Positions 27,951 through 41,501 of a DNA stretch of 64,000 nucleotides are shown here, piece by piece. The notes beneath the pieces were generated by a model. It did no database searches and was not told the origin of the DNA. It saw only the letters and a list, made by a program, of their open reading frames with translations. Within the stretch, counting starts at the first letter, position 1. Each line of letters begins with the position of its first letter. The position numbers were made by a program, and so were the translations under genes. This DNA is from the human T2T-CHM13v2.0 reference genome, Homo sapiens. Where the stretch lies: NCBI RefSeq assembly GCF_009914755.1, contig NC_060931.1. One strand, 5' to 3'.

Positions 27951-29619
27951 AGAGATGTCAACTCAGATTTCAGGAAGCTTACATTTTAGCTTAATCTTCC
28001 AAGGCCATTCAGGAGAGCAGACTTGAGATTAGCATGCCACTCTCTTAACTTCTGAGAGATGATTTAAGAAGCCCCATACAGCCCATAGGACAGCTTCAAC
28101 TATCCCAGCAAATCGGCAGGTATATACAGTTTGGCAGGTACAGGATATTTCTAAAATTTGCGACTAGCATTTAAAAATTGGTAAAATTTATAAAAAACAT
28201 TTGGATTTATGAGGGTATTTGGCTGTGTCTGGGAGTAGATTTGGAGCTGTTAATACAGCTTTTCTACAGTCTCCACCATTTTGCCTTGCCTTACTCCCAA
28301 CCTATTGCTCTGAGTAGGTATTGAGTTTGCAAACCTTGTCTTAATATATTTTCTCTTCTAGAGATGTTTGTATGTGAGAGGAATCAAAAATTTTAAATAA
28401 TAAAAATAATATTTTAATGGTAGAAATTAGGTATCTGTAGTTATGGAAGAGCTGCAAAGGGGTGTTTTGTTTTGTTTTGTTAGCCAGGAAAAGAGAGCAG
28501 CAGGTCTTCGGATAGCCTTGAAATTATAGGGTTTGAAGGCTCCTAGTCTGGGCAGCAGTCCTCATGGACTGTGGCTTTTCAGAACTCATTCCAGGGCTAT
28601 TCTATCATGTTGATTGTACATCCTTACAAGCCTTTTTTCCCTGTTATCAGCATTTCCCAGCTCTTCACTTCAGCTTAACATACAGCTACTTGGTATCATG
28701 GTCATCTTCCCATTGAACATGCCTTTCATTACTACTGATAATGAAAGAGAGAATAAAACACAACAGAAAAAGTCTTAACCTGGAATGTTCAGTAACCACA
28801 CCTGTTTTGGTTTAATAATATTAACTGAATCATAAATGTCTTAACTCTAAAAGAACACAATGATCAAAAAAGAGCCTTGTTCCAGCTCCAACATCTGCTG
28901 GAGGCATTTTCTTGGATTTTTCCCCCATTATATGGATTGAGGAATGGGGAAATAATATATATTTACCCAAATGCAATTCAAGTTTTTAAAAAATTATTGC
29001 CCTCAAACATATGTTAATAGCTGAGAACCAGCTTAACTTATAAAATAACAGCATGGCTTACATGATAGCATTGGAATCATCCAATGTAATCCATAAAATT
29101 TTCCATATTATTGGAGATTGCTTTCCTGAGACCTTACCATATGCAGCCAGGCAGATCATTCTATCATCACAGGCCCCCCTGCAGAGCAAATTGATTACAA
29201 TACCATTATTCGAAATGTGTATAATTATTTTAAAATATCTTTCTAAATAATGGATAGAAGCAATATTTAGTGGCCCAGATGGACCAGTCTCTACATATTT
29301 TGATTGTTTAATTTTTCTACAACTATTGCCTTTAAACTCATGCCATCATTAGCAATGAAATGGCTTCACGTAATACATGGAAACTAACATGAAACAGGAA
29401 TTTTTATCTTTAATATGAATACTTAGAAGAAGACGGGCTGCAAAAAGCAACTTATGAGTACATGAATAGTTAATAATCAAAGGGAAAAATCTCTATAAAA
29501 TTTCTAACAATTTGAAACAAGAAGATAGGTCCTTTTCAAGAAGTTATGCTAAGATTTTGTCTGCTTACAAATAAAGGTTCAGCTCTATTTGACAAGTTTT
29601 ACAATCATAAAGAAAGGTG

Positions 29620-29775
29620 TCTACCTACTGAGTACAGTGTTCACTATCTGGATAATGGCTACCCTGGAAGCCCAGTCCCCAGCAATATGCAATATACACA
29701 TACATGTAACAAACATGTACATGTACCCCATGAATCTAAAATTGAATTAAAGTAAATTAAATTAATTTTAAAAAG
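29620..29775 (+). mobile_element. Short L1PB/L1MA 3' tail
   Basis: GTACAGTGTTCACTAT...CATGTAACAAACATGTACATGTACCCCATGAATCTAAAA. Confidence 0.75.
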
Positions 29776-30959
29776 AAAGTTTTTTTCCACTATGCTTATT
29801 ATTATTTGCTGTGGTTTATCTCAAATGTTTGTGGGGATATTAGCAATACCTTCTGACATATACTGTTCTTGTTTTAAGTCCAGATAGTACAATTTAGGTG
29901 ATGGATCACAGCAATGACACATATAAATTTTGCTCAATAATGGGATTATATGTATTTGCCTTTACATTTTGCCACAGGACATTTGTTCTTTTCCTAATTG
30001 GATTGCCTTTTGCACACCAATGTGTTCTTAGAACCTAAAGGATACAGACTAGGTTTTCAACAATTACTAAATAAAGGAGTAGATTAATGAATTTCAAATA
30101 CTATAAAATATATTGACTAGAAGTATCACTATCTCACCTATAATATGTAATATAATTTTTAAAATAAAAACTTTCAACAAAATATAACATCATTATTTTA
30201 AAATAAAACCCAATTCTCATTATATGTTCCAGCCACTTTATAGTATTTTCTCTAGAAGGGAAGAGGTAATAGAGTAGTAATAGAGTTTTTTAACAGAGAA
30301 AAATCCTAATCTGTTTTGTACAGAGTTTCCTCACCTTCTCCCAGATCCTTAACATTTTCCTGGTGTTGGATCAAGTTTGGACTAAGAGTAAGAAATGCCT
30401 GATAACAAGCTACAGTCTTAGCCCTCCTGAAGCTGGGTCTCCACTTTCATTCTATATTGCCTGCCTTATTGGTTATGATAGACCATGTCAACCTCCATAA
30501 CAAGTTTGACCAAAATGCTATTGCAAAAGTTCACATTTGAGTGCGCTGGGGACAGAATCAAAAGTAGAGAGTAGCATGAATCAAATCTGCCTTTGTGTAT
30601 GTCACTGTGACTGTAAATATGACCATATTGTTTAAGACAATAGAATGTGAATATTTCAGAGAGGGAAGATACTTTAGACATTATCTAGTTCAACTCTCTT
30701 AATTTACAGATGAAGTAAGTGAAGCTTTACGAAGCTGAATAAACAAGTGCAAATTCACCCAACAAATTAGTAGCCACAGAGTCTAATCCAGATCCCAGAT
30801 CTGTTTCCAAGTTCACATGTCTTGAAAGTCACTTGTATAAAGTTACTACATTACAAAATTGCAGATGAGTCCAGTTGAAAACTTTGTTTATTATTTTTTA
30901 AATGTCAAACTCAGTCAAAGAATAAATGTAAACTGTTATTAGTATAAAAAGTAGACAAA

Positions 30960-31243
30960 GGCTGGGCACAGTGGCTCAGGCCTGTAATCCCAGCACTTTG
31001 GGAGGCCTAGGAGGGCGGATCACCTGAGGTCGGGAGTTCGAGACCAGCTTGACCAACAGGGAGAAACTCCGTCTCTACTAAAAATACAAAATTAGCCAGG
31101 CATGGTGGCGCATGCCTATAATCCCAGCTACTCTGGAGGCTGAGGCAGGAGAATCACTTGAACCTGGGAGGTGGAGGTTGTGATCGTGCCATTGCACTCC
31201 AGCCTGAGCAACAAGAGTGAAACTCCATCTGAAAAAAAAAAAA
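30960..31243 (+). mobile_element. AluSp-like
   Basis: GAGGTCGGGAG, GACCAAC..GGAGAAA diagnostics; TSD AAAAAGTAGACAAA. Confidence 0.95.
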
Positions 31244-31821
31244 GTAGACAAAATTAATCAACTTAGGAAAGAAAGTGTCAATGAACAGGCAAAGTTGCAA
31301 TCCTTCACTAGATTATTAAATGCATTTTGCAGTTTTTTTGTCTTAGGTTTACAATAAATAAATTTGAGGCAAGAAAGTTTTGTAAAGCCCTTTGAGCTTA
31401 AGAAAGTAAACCAAAAAAAGCAAAGAAATTATTTTGTAATTTATAAACCACATTTGAAAAGTGAGGGAGGAAGTAAAGCAAACAATTATACAGGAAGTTG
31501 AGGTCAGTAAAAGTGGCAAACTATTTAACATAAAATATAGCTTTGATTAAAGATTGTAAAGGATTGTTTAAAAGTGCTGGTTAGTGGATGGCTGGGTTCA
31601 GTGTTTTGGCTGTCATTGAATGCCAAATTTGGGTTAACATCTCAATGAATAAAAGGAATTGAATGATCGTTTTGTGACAAATTTGCCAATGTTGTAAGGT
31701 TAAAAAAAATTTTAATTTATATGAATTTAATGACAAATATTTAAAAAGAAATTTATTTCTTCTGAAAATCATGATGCCTATGTTTTTATAGTAACTTATG
31801 TTTAAGCCATATCAAACTCTT

Positions 31822-33285
31822 TTTTTGTCCATTTGTTTTTTCTTTTGGGGGAGGGGGTTTGACATTTATTTTAGGTTTGGAAGTACATGTGAAGATTTGT
31901 TACATAGATAAACATATGTCATAGGGGTTTGTTGTACAGATTATTTCATCACCCAGGTATTAAGCCAAGTACCCAATAGTTATCTTTTCTGCTCCTCTCC
32001 CTTCTCCCACCCTCCCTGCCCAAGCAGACCGCAGTGTCTGTTGTTTCTTTCTTTGTGTTCATAAGTTCTTATCATTTAACTCCCACATATAGGTGAGAAC
32101 ATGCAGTATTTGGGTTTCTGTTCCTGCATTAGTTTGCTAAGGATAATATCCTACAGCTCCATCCATGTTCCTGCAAAAGACATGATTTTGTTCTTTTTTA
32201 TGACTGCATAGTATTCCATGGTGTATATGTACCACATTTTCTTTATCCAGTCTGTCATTGATGGGCATTTAGATTGATTCCATGTTTTTGCTATTGTGCA
32301 TAGTGCTGCAGTGAATGTTTGCAAGCATGTGTCTTTATGGTAGAATGATTTATAGTCCTCTGGGTATATACCCAGTAATGGCATTGCTGGGTCTAATGGT
32401 AGTTCAGCTTTTAGCTCTTTGCAGAATCATCATAGTGCTTTCCACAATGATTGAACTAATTTACACTCCCACCAACAGTGTATAAGTGTTCCCTTTTCTC
32501 CACAACCTCAGAAATAACAATCTGTTATTTTTTAACTTTTTAAGAATAGCCATTCTGATTGGTGTGAGATGTTATCCCACTGTGGTTTTCATTTGCATTT
32601 CTCTAATGATCAGTGATATTGAGCTTTTTTTCATATGCTTGTTGGCTGCATGTACATCTTCCTATGAGAAATGTCTGTTCATTTATTTTAATGGGGCTGT
32701 TTGCTTTTCTCTTGTAAATTTGTTTAAGTTCCTTATAGATGCTGGATATTAGACCTTTGTCAGATGAGTAGTTTGCAAATATTTTTACCATTCTCTATTT
32801 TGTCTGGTTACTCTGTTGACATTTTCTTTTGCTGTGCAGATGCTGTTAAGTTTAATTAGATCTCACTTGTCAATTTTTGCTTTTTTGTGATTGCTTTTAG
32901 TGTGTTTGTCATGAAATCTTTGCCCGTTGCTATGTCCAGGATGGTATTGTCTAGGTTGTCTTCCAGGGTTTTTATAGTTTTGGGTTTTACATTTAAGTCT
33001 TTAATCCATCTCAAGTTGATTTTTGTGTATGGTGTAAGGAAGGGGCCCATTCTTCACTCTTCTGCATATGGCTAGCCAGTTATCCCACCACCATTTACTG
33101 AATAGGGAATCTTTTCCCCATTGCTTGTTTTTGTCAGCTTTATCAAAGATCAGATGGTCGTAGATGTGTGACCTTATTTCTGGGCTCTCTATTCTGTTCC
33201 ATTGGTCTATGTGCCTGTTTTTGTACCAGTAACATACTGTTTTGTTACTGTAGCCTTGCAGTATAGTTTGAAGTCAGGTGACATG
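31822..33285 (-). mobile_element. 5'-truncated L1PA13-15-like element
   Basis: ORF2 C-terminal remnants (WIKKMWYIYTMEYY); 14-bp TSD CATATCAAACTCTT at 31808-31821 and 33286-33299. Confidence 0.92.
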
Positions 33286-33431
33286 CATATCAAACTCTTG
33301 ATCAGTTTTAATAACAATAAACTTTGGTTTAATATGTCTGTGCCACTGATAATGCCATTCAATTTAGACATCTGTCTCAGATTTAAGTACCTAATCCCAT
33401 TCCTAAAAATGAAATCAGTAATACAACACTA

Positions 33432-33554
33432 TCGGTCTCCGAAAGTGCTGGGATTACAGGCGTGAGCCACCATGCCCAGCCTGCAAACAGATATTTTTAA
33501 AGGTTTTATGTCCATGTTTGGCTTAGTTCTAGCATACTATATATTAGTCATTTG
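33432..33554 (+). repeat. 123-bp non-tandem duplicate of 35104-35226 (Alu 5' end plus unique flank)
   Basis: 120/123 identical, ungapped, offset 1672 bp. Confidence 0.97.
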
Positions 33555-34864
33555 CAGTTACTTAAATTAGAGGAAAATATTTTAAGTTTTTTCATAGGAA
33601 ATCTCCCAAACTGTTTTGCTAGTTAACAAAAAATAAATCCTTCAGCAAGTGAGCCAAATGCAGATGATAAACTCAGTTTAATTTGCTCTGGAAATAATTA
33701 TGCATTCAGTTTGGTATTAATTCATTTAAATCAATTCTTGAACCTGGAAACCAAAACATTTTCCCTTTGAGACTTCAAGATTCCTGCAGTTGTTGTCACC
33801 CTATAGCTCTTCAAGACAATTTGCAAAATATGCAGGAAAATGCACGAAATGTGAAATTAGCTATTACATTAAGAATGATGCACCAGTGGAACTGAAAATG
33901 ACATTGACAAACACAATGTCTTTTGGGATATCTATTTCAGTAGGTCTCTTTGCAGATGCAACAGAGTTTTCTGGTGACCAAATGTCTACCTAGTTCACAA
34001 ATCTAGACTCATTTCCATTCAACATAGAGCTATATTTTAATAGGTTCCAATGAAACCAAGATGAGAGTCATCTCTATCGGCCTTTGAGGGAAGGAAACAT
34101 TCTAACAAGAGAATGCTGCTTTCTCACACCGAGCATCCTAAGTCACCTCCCCACTGAACTCCTTCTCAGTTTCTTCAAGGATTCCATCAAAACCTTGCCA
34201 TGCATTTCATTTTTTATCAGTATGATATGATCATATAAAGCATATAAATGCTGAATTTAGGGCATGGAGTTAATTGCCATTTTAAGATTAAAAAGTACTT
34301 TTTAGAGTTAAATATAATCTAAATCATGTTTTAATTCCAAATATAATGAATTATATTTTGATATCTAAAATTTCATGGTGATGGCAAATGGAGAAAGTTG
34401 CAACATACTAAATTTAAGCTTTCAAAAGCTTTAATTTTATTCAGAAATTTGGAGGTTTTCTGATTTGGCTGCTGCTAAATATTATTATCTCTACCCACAA
34501 CTTCTTAGTATAACCGTTCCACTGAGCATCTATTAAAAGCATCATGCTCAGTAAACAGATCATGTTACATAGTAAAAACAAAATTCTAGCAATATAGTAG
34601 ATATTCAGTAGTGATTTATAGGATGGATGATACTGCAAGATCTCCTGGTAAAACCTTACTCATTTGATAATAGAGCAGAGATGAATTAAGGCTCAATGTC
34701 TTTTATTTAACACACACATTCTAATTTTGGTTGCTTTTCAAAAAATATATAGTAAAATAAACATGGCCAACAGCATGTTGCCAGTTATTGGTTGGTTGTA
34801 ACTAACACAAATTAATAAATATAAATGATCTGTAGTTAAAATATTAACTTTTTTGCAAATAGAT

Positions 34865-35169
<305 letters not shown>

Positions 35170-36879
35170 TAAAGGTTTTATGTCCATGTTTGGCTTAGGT
35201 CTAGCATACTATATATTAGTCATTTGTGTATATGCTGTTAATTTTTCTTTCATTCTTGTTATTGATATATATGTCAATGTATACTTATCTATAAATATCA
35301 ATATATTTGTCTATTCATTTGTCTATGTATCTGTGAAACCATTTGAAGAAGTCCTTGATGTATAGTGGCCAAAGTAAATTTAATAAATTAGTAATTCATT
35401 AAATTTAATATGCTTATTAAGTTTAATTAAGAACACCTCTAAATTTCTATCATTTCATGGATAGATATTATGAATGTAAACTAGAGGTAAGAATGTGCTA
35501 AGATTATCATAATCTACCATTTTGAGATGATAGTTACTAAGGTGATAGTAAAATTATGCAGTTTATTAGATTGGAACGCATGAGTTAACTGGAAATAAAC
35601 CACAAAATATAATTAGCAGTTGAGACACATATGATTTTTAGTATTTTAAAATAATAACTAGAAAGCTATTCTTTCTTTTGGCTTTTAATTTTTACTTCAC
35701 TGAGACACTGATTTTATTCTAGGCCTTTCTTATCGACTGCTGACCTTTTCCTGTCATTTGATGTTAAAGATGATACAATGAATGCATCATCAATGTAACA
35801 TGGCCTGAAACGGATCAGTAAATTGCATGTGATCGTTAGAAATAGATCTAATTTTTGACTTAGCAGAGACTACAGAAGTCTTATTTATAAGCTTCTTTTA
35901 TTACATTTCTTTTTTCTTGTATATTTATGGTCCATTTGCTAATACACTATTAGGAATCAAATCACTGAAGATTTCAGCATTTTATTATCACCAAAACCTT
36001 TGTTTTAGTAAAGCACAACAACATAGTCTTCTTGATTGTGAAAAGCTGTTGTCAGATCAAGTCCTTTTTACGCCTCAGATCTTAGGGCACACTAATTCTT
36101 GAGGCCATCTCTAAGGTCTTCTGTAGAAGGTGCTGTCTTGTTGAGAAGGAAGAAATGGCCAAAGTGTCTGTATCTGAAATTTTCTGCGTTATCTTAAATA
36201 TCCCACATTGAGGATGGACAGGTAAATTAGACATATGAAACAAGACATATTTGGTATATTCAACCTATATTTATTATGAATTTTTCATGTAGTAATATGA
36301 TGATATAATATGAAGTAATTTAAGATCCTTATTAAGACTGAAAGAGAAATCAGTAGTAGGCTATGATTTGTTTCTTTATTTGGTGGTATAACAGTTAGCA
36401 TTATTATAAAATCTAGAGTTTTTTTTAGATGCTTCTGCTTCTCACAGGGAAGCAACAATATTAATATTCTTGTTTAGCTTAGTATACTATATGTAATTTA
36501 CATGTGATTTTCAGACTAGTAATTACAAAAAGAACAATCTACTACAAAATAATTACTAAGGAGTCTTTCGTGCTCAGCATCCCAAAAGGGAAAACCCAGA
36601 AAACATTACCAATACATCATGAGCCTCTTTGGTTTTCTTCATTTGGAGTGATGAAATCAATCATTTGATTGAATTGACACAACAGTCCTTCAACTGTATA
36701 ATCTGCTTCAAGACACTATGTTGCTCAATATAACAACATGCCAAAATTGAAAACACTCAAAAATTAGCTTTTGTTTCCTTTGTTTTTCATGTTTTTGGTT
36801 TTCATGTTTTTGGTTTGTGGGCCATACAATAGTATTCAATGTTCTCCAAGATAAGATACTGATTTCTTCACAATTCTTT

Positions 36880-37051
36880 CCTTTCTCAAATTTAGCTGTA
36901 CATTGAGATCATCTGGAAAACTTTAAAACCTGCTGATATTTGAGCTCTACCCCAAGAAATTCTGATGTAATGTGGATGAAAACCTGGGCATTGGGTCTCA
37001 TAATATCTCCTCCGGGTGATTATAATGAGCAGCAGACTTGGCATCCACTGG
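36880..37051. mobile_element. MER5-like hAT element
   Basis: TTCTCAAATTTAGCTGTACATTGAGATCATCTGG...GGTGATTATAATGAGCAGC..CCACTG. Confidence 0.6.
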
Positions 37052-37279
37052 TGTATGTAAATTTGATATTCTCATGACTACTCATTGCTGGATTGACACC
37101 CAACTTTTGCAACCTCCCATTTACTGAAGAGATGGACTCCCTGTCTCCCTCTGTCTCCTCTCTTAGAATGATACTTCTGTCAAAGCTTGAATGTGACTTA
37201 GAAAAAAAAATAGCAATTACCCTTATACATTTATTCTACAATTTTTGCACCCTTTATACATGTTAGAGGCAACAACAAT

Positions 37280-38283
37280 AACTTTTAGCAGTGTTTATTT
37301 TTGTTAAAAGAAACCAATTGAATTGAAGGTCAAGACACCTTCTGATTGCACAGATTAAACAAGAAAGTATTACTTATTTCAACTTTACAAAGCATCTTAT
37401 TGATTTAAAAAGATCCATACTATTGATAAAGTTCACCATGAACATATATGTAATAAGGAGACTAAAATATTCATTTTACATATCTACAACATGTATTTCA
37501 TATTTCTAATCAACCACAAATCATATAGGAAAATATTTAGGTCCATGAAAAAGTTTCAAAACATTAAAAAATTAAAGTTTTGAAACAAATCACATGTGAA
37601 AGCTCATTAAATAATAACATTGACAAATAAATAGTTAATCAGCTTTACTTATTAGCTGCTGCCATGCATTTCTGGCATTCCATTCCAAGCGAGGGTCAGC
37701 ATGCAGGGTATAATTTCATACTATGCGACCGTAAAGAGCTACAGGGCTTATTTTTGAAGTGAAATGTCACAGGGTCTTTCATTCTCTTTCAAAGGAAGAT
37801 CACTCATGGCTGCTAAACTGTTCCCATGAAGAGTACCAAAAAAGCACCTTTCTGAAATGTTACTGTGAAGATTCATGACAACATATTTTTTTTAACCTGT
37901 TTTGAAGGAGTTTTGTTTAGGAGAGGGGATGGGCCAGTAGATGGAGGGTATCTGAGAAGCCCTTTTCTGTTTTAAAATATAATGATTCACTGATGTTTAT
38001 AGTATCAACAGTCTTTTAAGAACAATGAGGAATTAAAACTACAGGATACGTGGAATTTAAATGCAAATTGCATTCATGGATATACCTACATCTTGAAAAA
38101 CTTGAAAAGGAAAAACTATTCCCAAAGAAGGTCCTGATACTTAAGACAGCTTGCTGGGTTTGATCAAAGCAGAAAGCATATACTTTCAAGTGAGAAAACA
38201 GCAGTGGCAGGCTTGAGTCTTCCAAGCAATCAAATCTGTAAAGCAGATGGTTACTAGTAAGTCTAGTTATGGGAGTCTGAGTT
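37280..38283 (-). other. SOSTDC1: SOSTDC1 3' UTR (~1 kb, AU-rich; 3' end approximate)
   Basis: Repeat-free sequence between the stop codon and AATAAA at 37294-37299. Confidence 0.8.
37294..37299 (-). terminator. SOSTDC1: Polyadenylation signal AATAAA
   Basis: TTTATT on plus; followed on minus by a U/GU-rich element TTATTGTTGTTG; second AATAAA at 37230-37235. Confidence 0.75.
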
Positions 38284-38699
38284 CTAACTCATGCTGTGCT
38301 TGCTGGATTTGCTGGCTCTTTTCCGCTCTCTGTGATGCTGGACTGGCTTGGCAGGTGACATGCTCTCAAAGTTGTGACTGGACTCGTTGTGCTGCCGGGT
38401 GTACCTCTTGCACTTGCAGGCAGTGACTACTGTGATTTTGTAGGTGCGTGTGCTGCCATCTTGGCACTGCAGCTGGATTCTCTGGGTACGGGTTTTGTCA
38501 TTGACACACCGCCACTCCTGGGAGCTCCTCCTGCTCCAGTACTTTGTTCCATAGCCTCCTCCAATCCAGTTAGGGAGCACTGGCAGGGGCAAGCACTCGC
38601 CAGCACACACCAGCTCCTTCAGAGGGCTGATGCTGGTGCACTGGCCATCAGAGATGTATTTGGTGGAACGCAGTTCCCGGCAACCCACTTGAACCCGAG
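38284..38699 (-). CDS. SOSTDC1: SOSTDC1 final coding exon (cystine knot and basic tail)
   Basis: Acceptor TTTCCTGCAG|CT at 38700/38699; phase-1 join gives ACT (Thr69) then RVQVGC; 8 Cys including CAGEC and CKC; LPNWIG (NxI LRP5/6-binding loop of the sclerostin family); TAG at 38284-38286; 205+416=621 nt = 206 aa plus stop. Confidence 0.98.
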
Positions 38700-40051
38700 C
38701 TGCAGGAAACAAAAAAGAATGTGCATCAGAGAAAAAATGCAAATGAAGACCTTTTAAAAAGTGATCTGCAATGACAAAAATAATAGGCAAATGATAGCAA
38801 ATTGCCAAATAGAAAGTGAGCACCTACTTTATTTTCACAGTGAAAAAAATCTGTCTGGATAGTATAGGGACACTTTCATGAAAATCATCAGTTTACATGG
38901 CTATAACTTTTTTGGGAAAAAAAATGTAGGCCTGATTGTTTTTATATATAACATTAGCTAATTGCTTATTAGAGTGTTTGAAAATCCAATTTCCTTAGTC
39001 TGACTCTCCAATAAGGGGTTAGCAGCTCTTCCATTTATGTGTAAATATTCATTATTCAATGAGTTAAGAGTATACTTTAATATTCTCTTTCTCAAGGGTC
39101 ATATTGGCTAATGTCTGCAAGTGTTTTTAATTAGGCTTTTTAAAAATCTGTTGAGAAAAAATGTGATAGCCATTTAAATATTGTGTATAATGCATATGCT
39201 CTCGGTAATATTTTATTTCAATTATAGACTTTAGCTGCAGAGACTCAGACATACATGTGTACAACATCTGATATTTTGCATATCAAACTTAATAACTATG
39301 TTTTAAACATAAATTCCCAAACTATCTTTTAAAAAATACAAACAGTAACATGTTTGAAATGTAAAATGCCACTACAACTCAAGACTCAAAGAATATAAAA
39401 GCCCCTAAATCAGGAACGTATGGTTGCCATAACAACTTGGCTACATTTCCATGAATTTTATGGCAGAAAAATGCCTAACATGTCTGATTTACAACTGCAA
39501 AAGGAACCACGGTGTTCATTTCCTGAATATTGGTCATGGCAAACTTTTTGTTTTAGTTATTTGGATTTGATAGGTATGTTCTCTAATTGGCTGTTTCTTG
39601 TTACATGCCTTATGTAATTAAAGCAAAAATTAATCTTTAAATATTTTAAGTTTTCCTTACCCTTGCTTTGTTATCTAAACTTGAGGAGAATTGCCTATAA
39701 CAAGCTTGAAAAGAAATCAAGGCTTGCCAACCAGGAAAAAAAAAAAGGATGTTTAAAAGTACAGGCTGCTGACATTTTACAAATAAAAATGATAAGGGAC
39801 ACTGAAGTGGTTCCACAAAAAGTACTGAAAGATAAGTCGAAGTAGAACTGAATCAGGAGTTTCACTTCATCTCTGTATGCTAGTACTTCTGAGGTAAGAG
39901 ATATAGCTTAAGGGGAACGTGATAGTTGTGGAAAAACTTATGTATATAGACATGCATGCATAGAAATCTAGAATTGTGGGATTAAAATGTAAAGCGTAAA
40001 TTGTTTGGTTGGACAGTGTGCTCAGCGTGCCTGATTCTGCCTGCAGCTCAC

Positions 40052-40123
40052 CTTCCTGCAGCTGCCTCAGGAATGCACCTGGAAATAGCCAGAAATAATT
40101 TTGTCTCGTCAAGCTTTCTGTTC
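40052..40123 (-). CDS. SOSTDC1: SOSTDC1 alternative in-frame cassette exon (72 nt, 230-aa isoform)
   Basis: ACACAG|GAAC acceptor and GAAG|GTGAGC donor; 72 nt, phase 1/1, no stop; replaces Thr69 with RTESLTRQNYFWLFPGAFLRQLQEA; length agrees with a 230-aa isoform I recall. Confidence 0.75.
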
Positions 40124-41196
40124 CTGTGTATATACAGATTTGGCATTTTTGCAGTGACAGTTCATTGACAACGAATACCCACCACATTGCTCAGTAATCT
40201 AATAATAATCAGATATGTCCTGTGTACTTAAAAGCAACCAGCTTCGTGAAAGTTAAAACATCCTAGCTTTCTTAGACATTAACAGTCAAATTTGCTTTGA
40301 CTTTTCAAAAGTCAAAACTACTTTTCGTAGTTGAATGGAGTGAAGAAGGAGAGGCAAAAGATTTGTGTAAGATTTCCTGCGCACTGTTTCTCTCTCTCTC
40401 TCTCTCTCTTAAAACCTGATTATTAGCATATGGCCTCTTCTAAAGGAAAAGATAGAAACAAAAGTTAGGGGTAATTTGAATCCCCCTAACCAGTGGTCAA
40501 TTAGTGTGTCAACTAAGCTGTTGTTTTACATCTCTTAAGTTACAAAAATGTCCCCAGTCTGTCACAGAAATACACAATTATCTAAATTTTGAATGGGACA
40601 ACAAGGAATTATTTTAGAAAAATGTGATTCTCCAACATTTTTAGTTTATCCCTCTTTTACATTGAGCATCATCAAAACTTTTGACTATCTCACTAGACAT
40701 ATTTTAGAAATCCAATGTAAACAAATTTTTTCTCCTGGAAGCTTCCTTTTTTCCCTTGTGATTCCCTATATTTATTTGTGGATGGTAACTAATAATATAT
40801 ATTAGTTACGTTTATACACTTTACCAAAATTGCATATGCCCTGAAATAAATTGACAAAACAACCGGAACTTGAGCTATCTAAAACAATACTTTTTAAAAT
40901 GGTCATTTTGCATGATTTTGACAAAACAATAGTTTAATTCCTGGAAATGTTTTCTTTGTGGATGTTTGATAAAACTTCAGTCTGTGCTTGCACTATTAAA
41001 CCACTGTTTTAGTTAGGTTAACTTTAAAATCACTACCTAGGGAAGAATGCCAACCTGCACATGCAGCAGATTACTCCCAAATTGTTTCACAACATATATA
41101 CGGTTCAGGTTAGTTACCAATAAAACAATTCTACAGGAATGTGAGCTAATGCTACCAGAAAAGAAAAAAAAAACTGTACAAGTAAAACACACTTAC

Positions 41197-41401
41197 TGTT
41201 CCGATCCAGTCCAGTGTTACTGAAATGCCTGCCTCCATTTCTGGCTTGATTCAACGTGCTGTTGCTGCTGGGGTGTGCTGGAACAGGTTTAACCACATGT
41301 GAATAAAGGATTTCTGTGGCATCATTTTTAAAAGCCAAACAGCTTTTCATTAGGATGCATGCAAGGGGAAGGAGATAGAAATGAATGGCAGGAGGAAGCA
41401 T
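41197..41401 (-). CDS. SOSTDC1: SOSTDC1 coding exon 1 (signal peptide and N-terminal arm, aa 1-68 plus 1 nt)
   Basis: ATG at 41401 in CTCACCATG context; translates MLPPAIHFYLLPLACILMKSCLAFKNDATE...GLDRN; donor A|GTAAGT (intron starts 41196); N-glycosylation sequon NST at N47. Confidence 0.98.
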
Positions 41402-41493
41402 GGTGAGTAGAGGATTTGCTTGACTGAAGAGCTGGTTAATTCTTTTGCCTCTGCTTCTGCACTGTAACTGTGAAATTCCTCCTCAAGCTTCCC

Positions 41494-41501
41494 TTTATAT
41501 A
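41494..41501 (-). promoter_or_regulatory. SOSTDC1: TATA box of SOSTDC1 (predicted TSS ~41470)
   Basis: TATATAAAG on minus about 95-100 nt upstream of the ATG; Inr-like TTCACAGT about 30 nt downstream; promoter has no CpG island. Confidence 0.75.

Noticed and set aside
37481-37488. Pumilio-like element UGUAGAUA and scattered AUUUA in the 3' UTR
   Set aside because: Single suboptimal matches are expected by chance in an AU-rich UTR.
38374-38757. 127-aa plus-strand ORF antisense to SOSTDC1 exon 2
   Set aside because: Non-ATG start; it is the shadow of a GC-richer coding exon and has no recognisable domain.
38700-38823. N-terminal extension of the 179-aa ORF and C-terminal tail of the 95-aa ORF (41114-41196)
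   Set aside because: Both are intronic read-through beyond clear splice sites.
41399-41408. Consensus plus-strand donor ATG|GTGAGT over the SOSTDC1 start codon
   Set aside because: It is simply the reverse complement of the Kozak context CTCACCATG; there is no evidence of an antisense exon.
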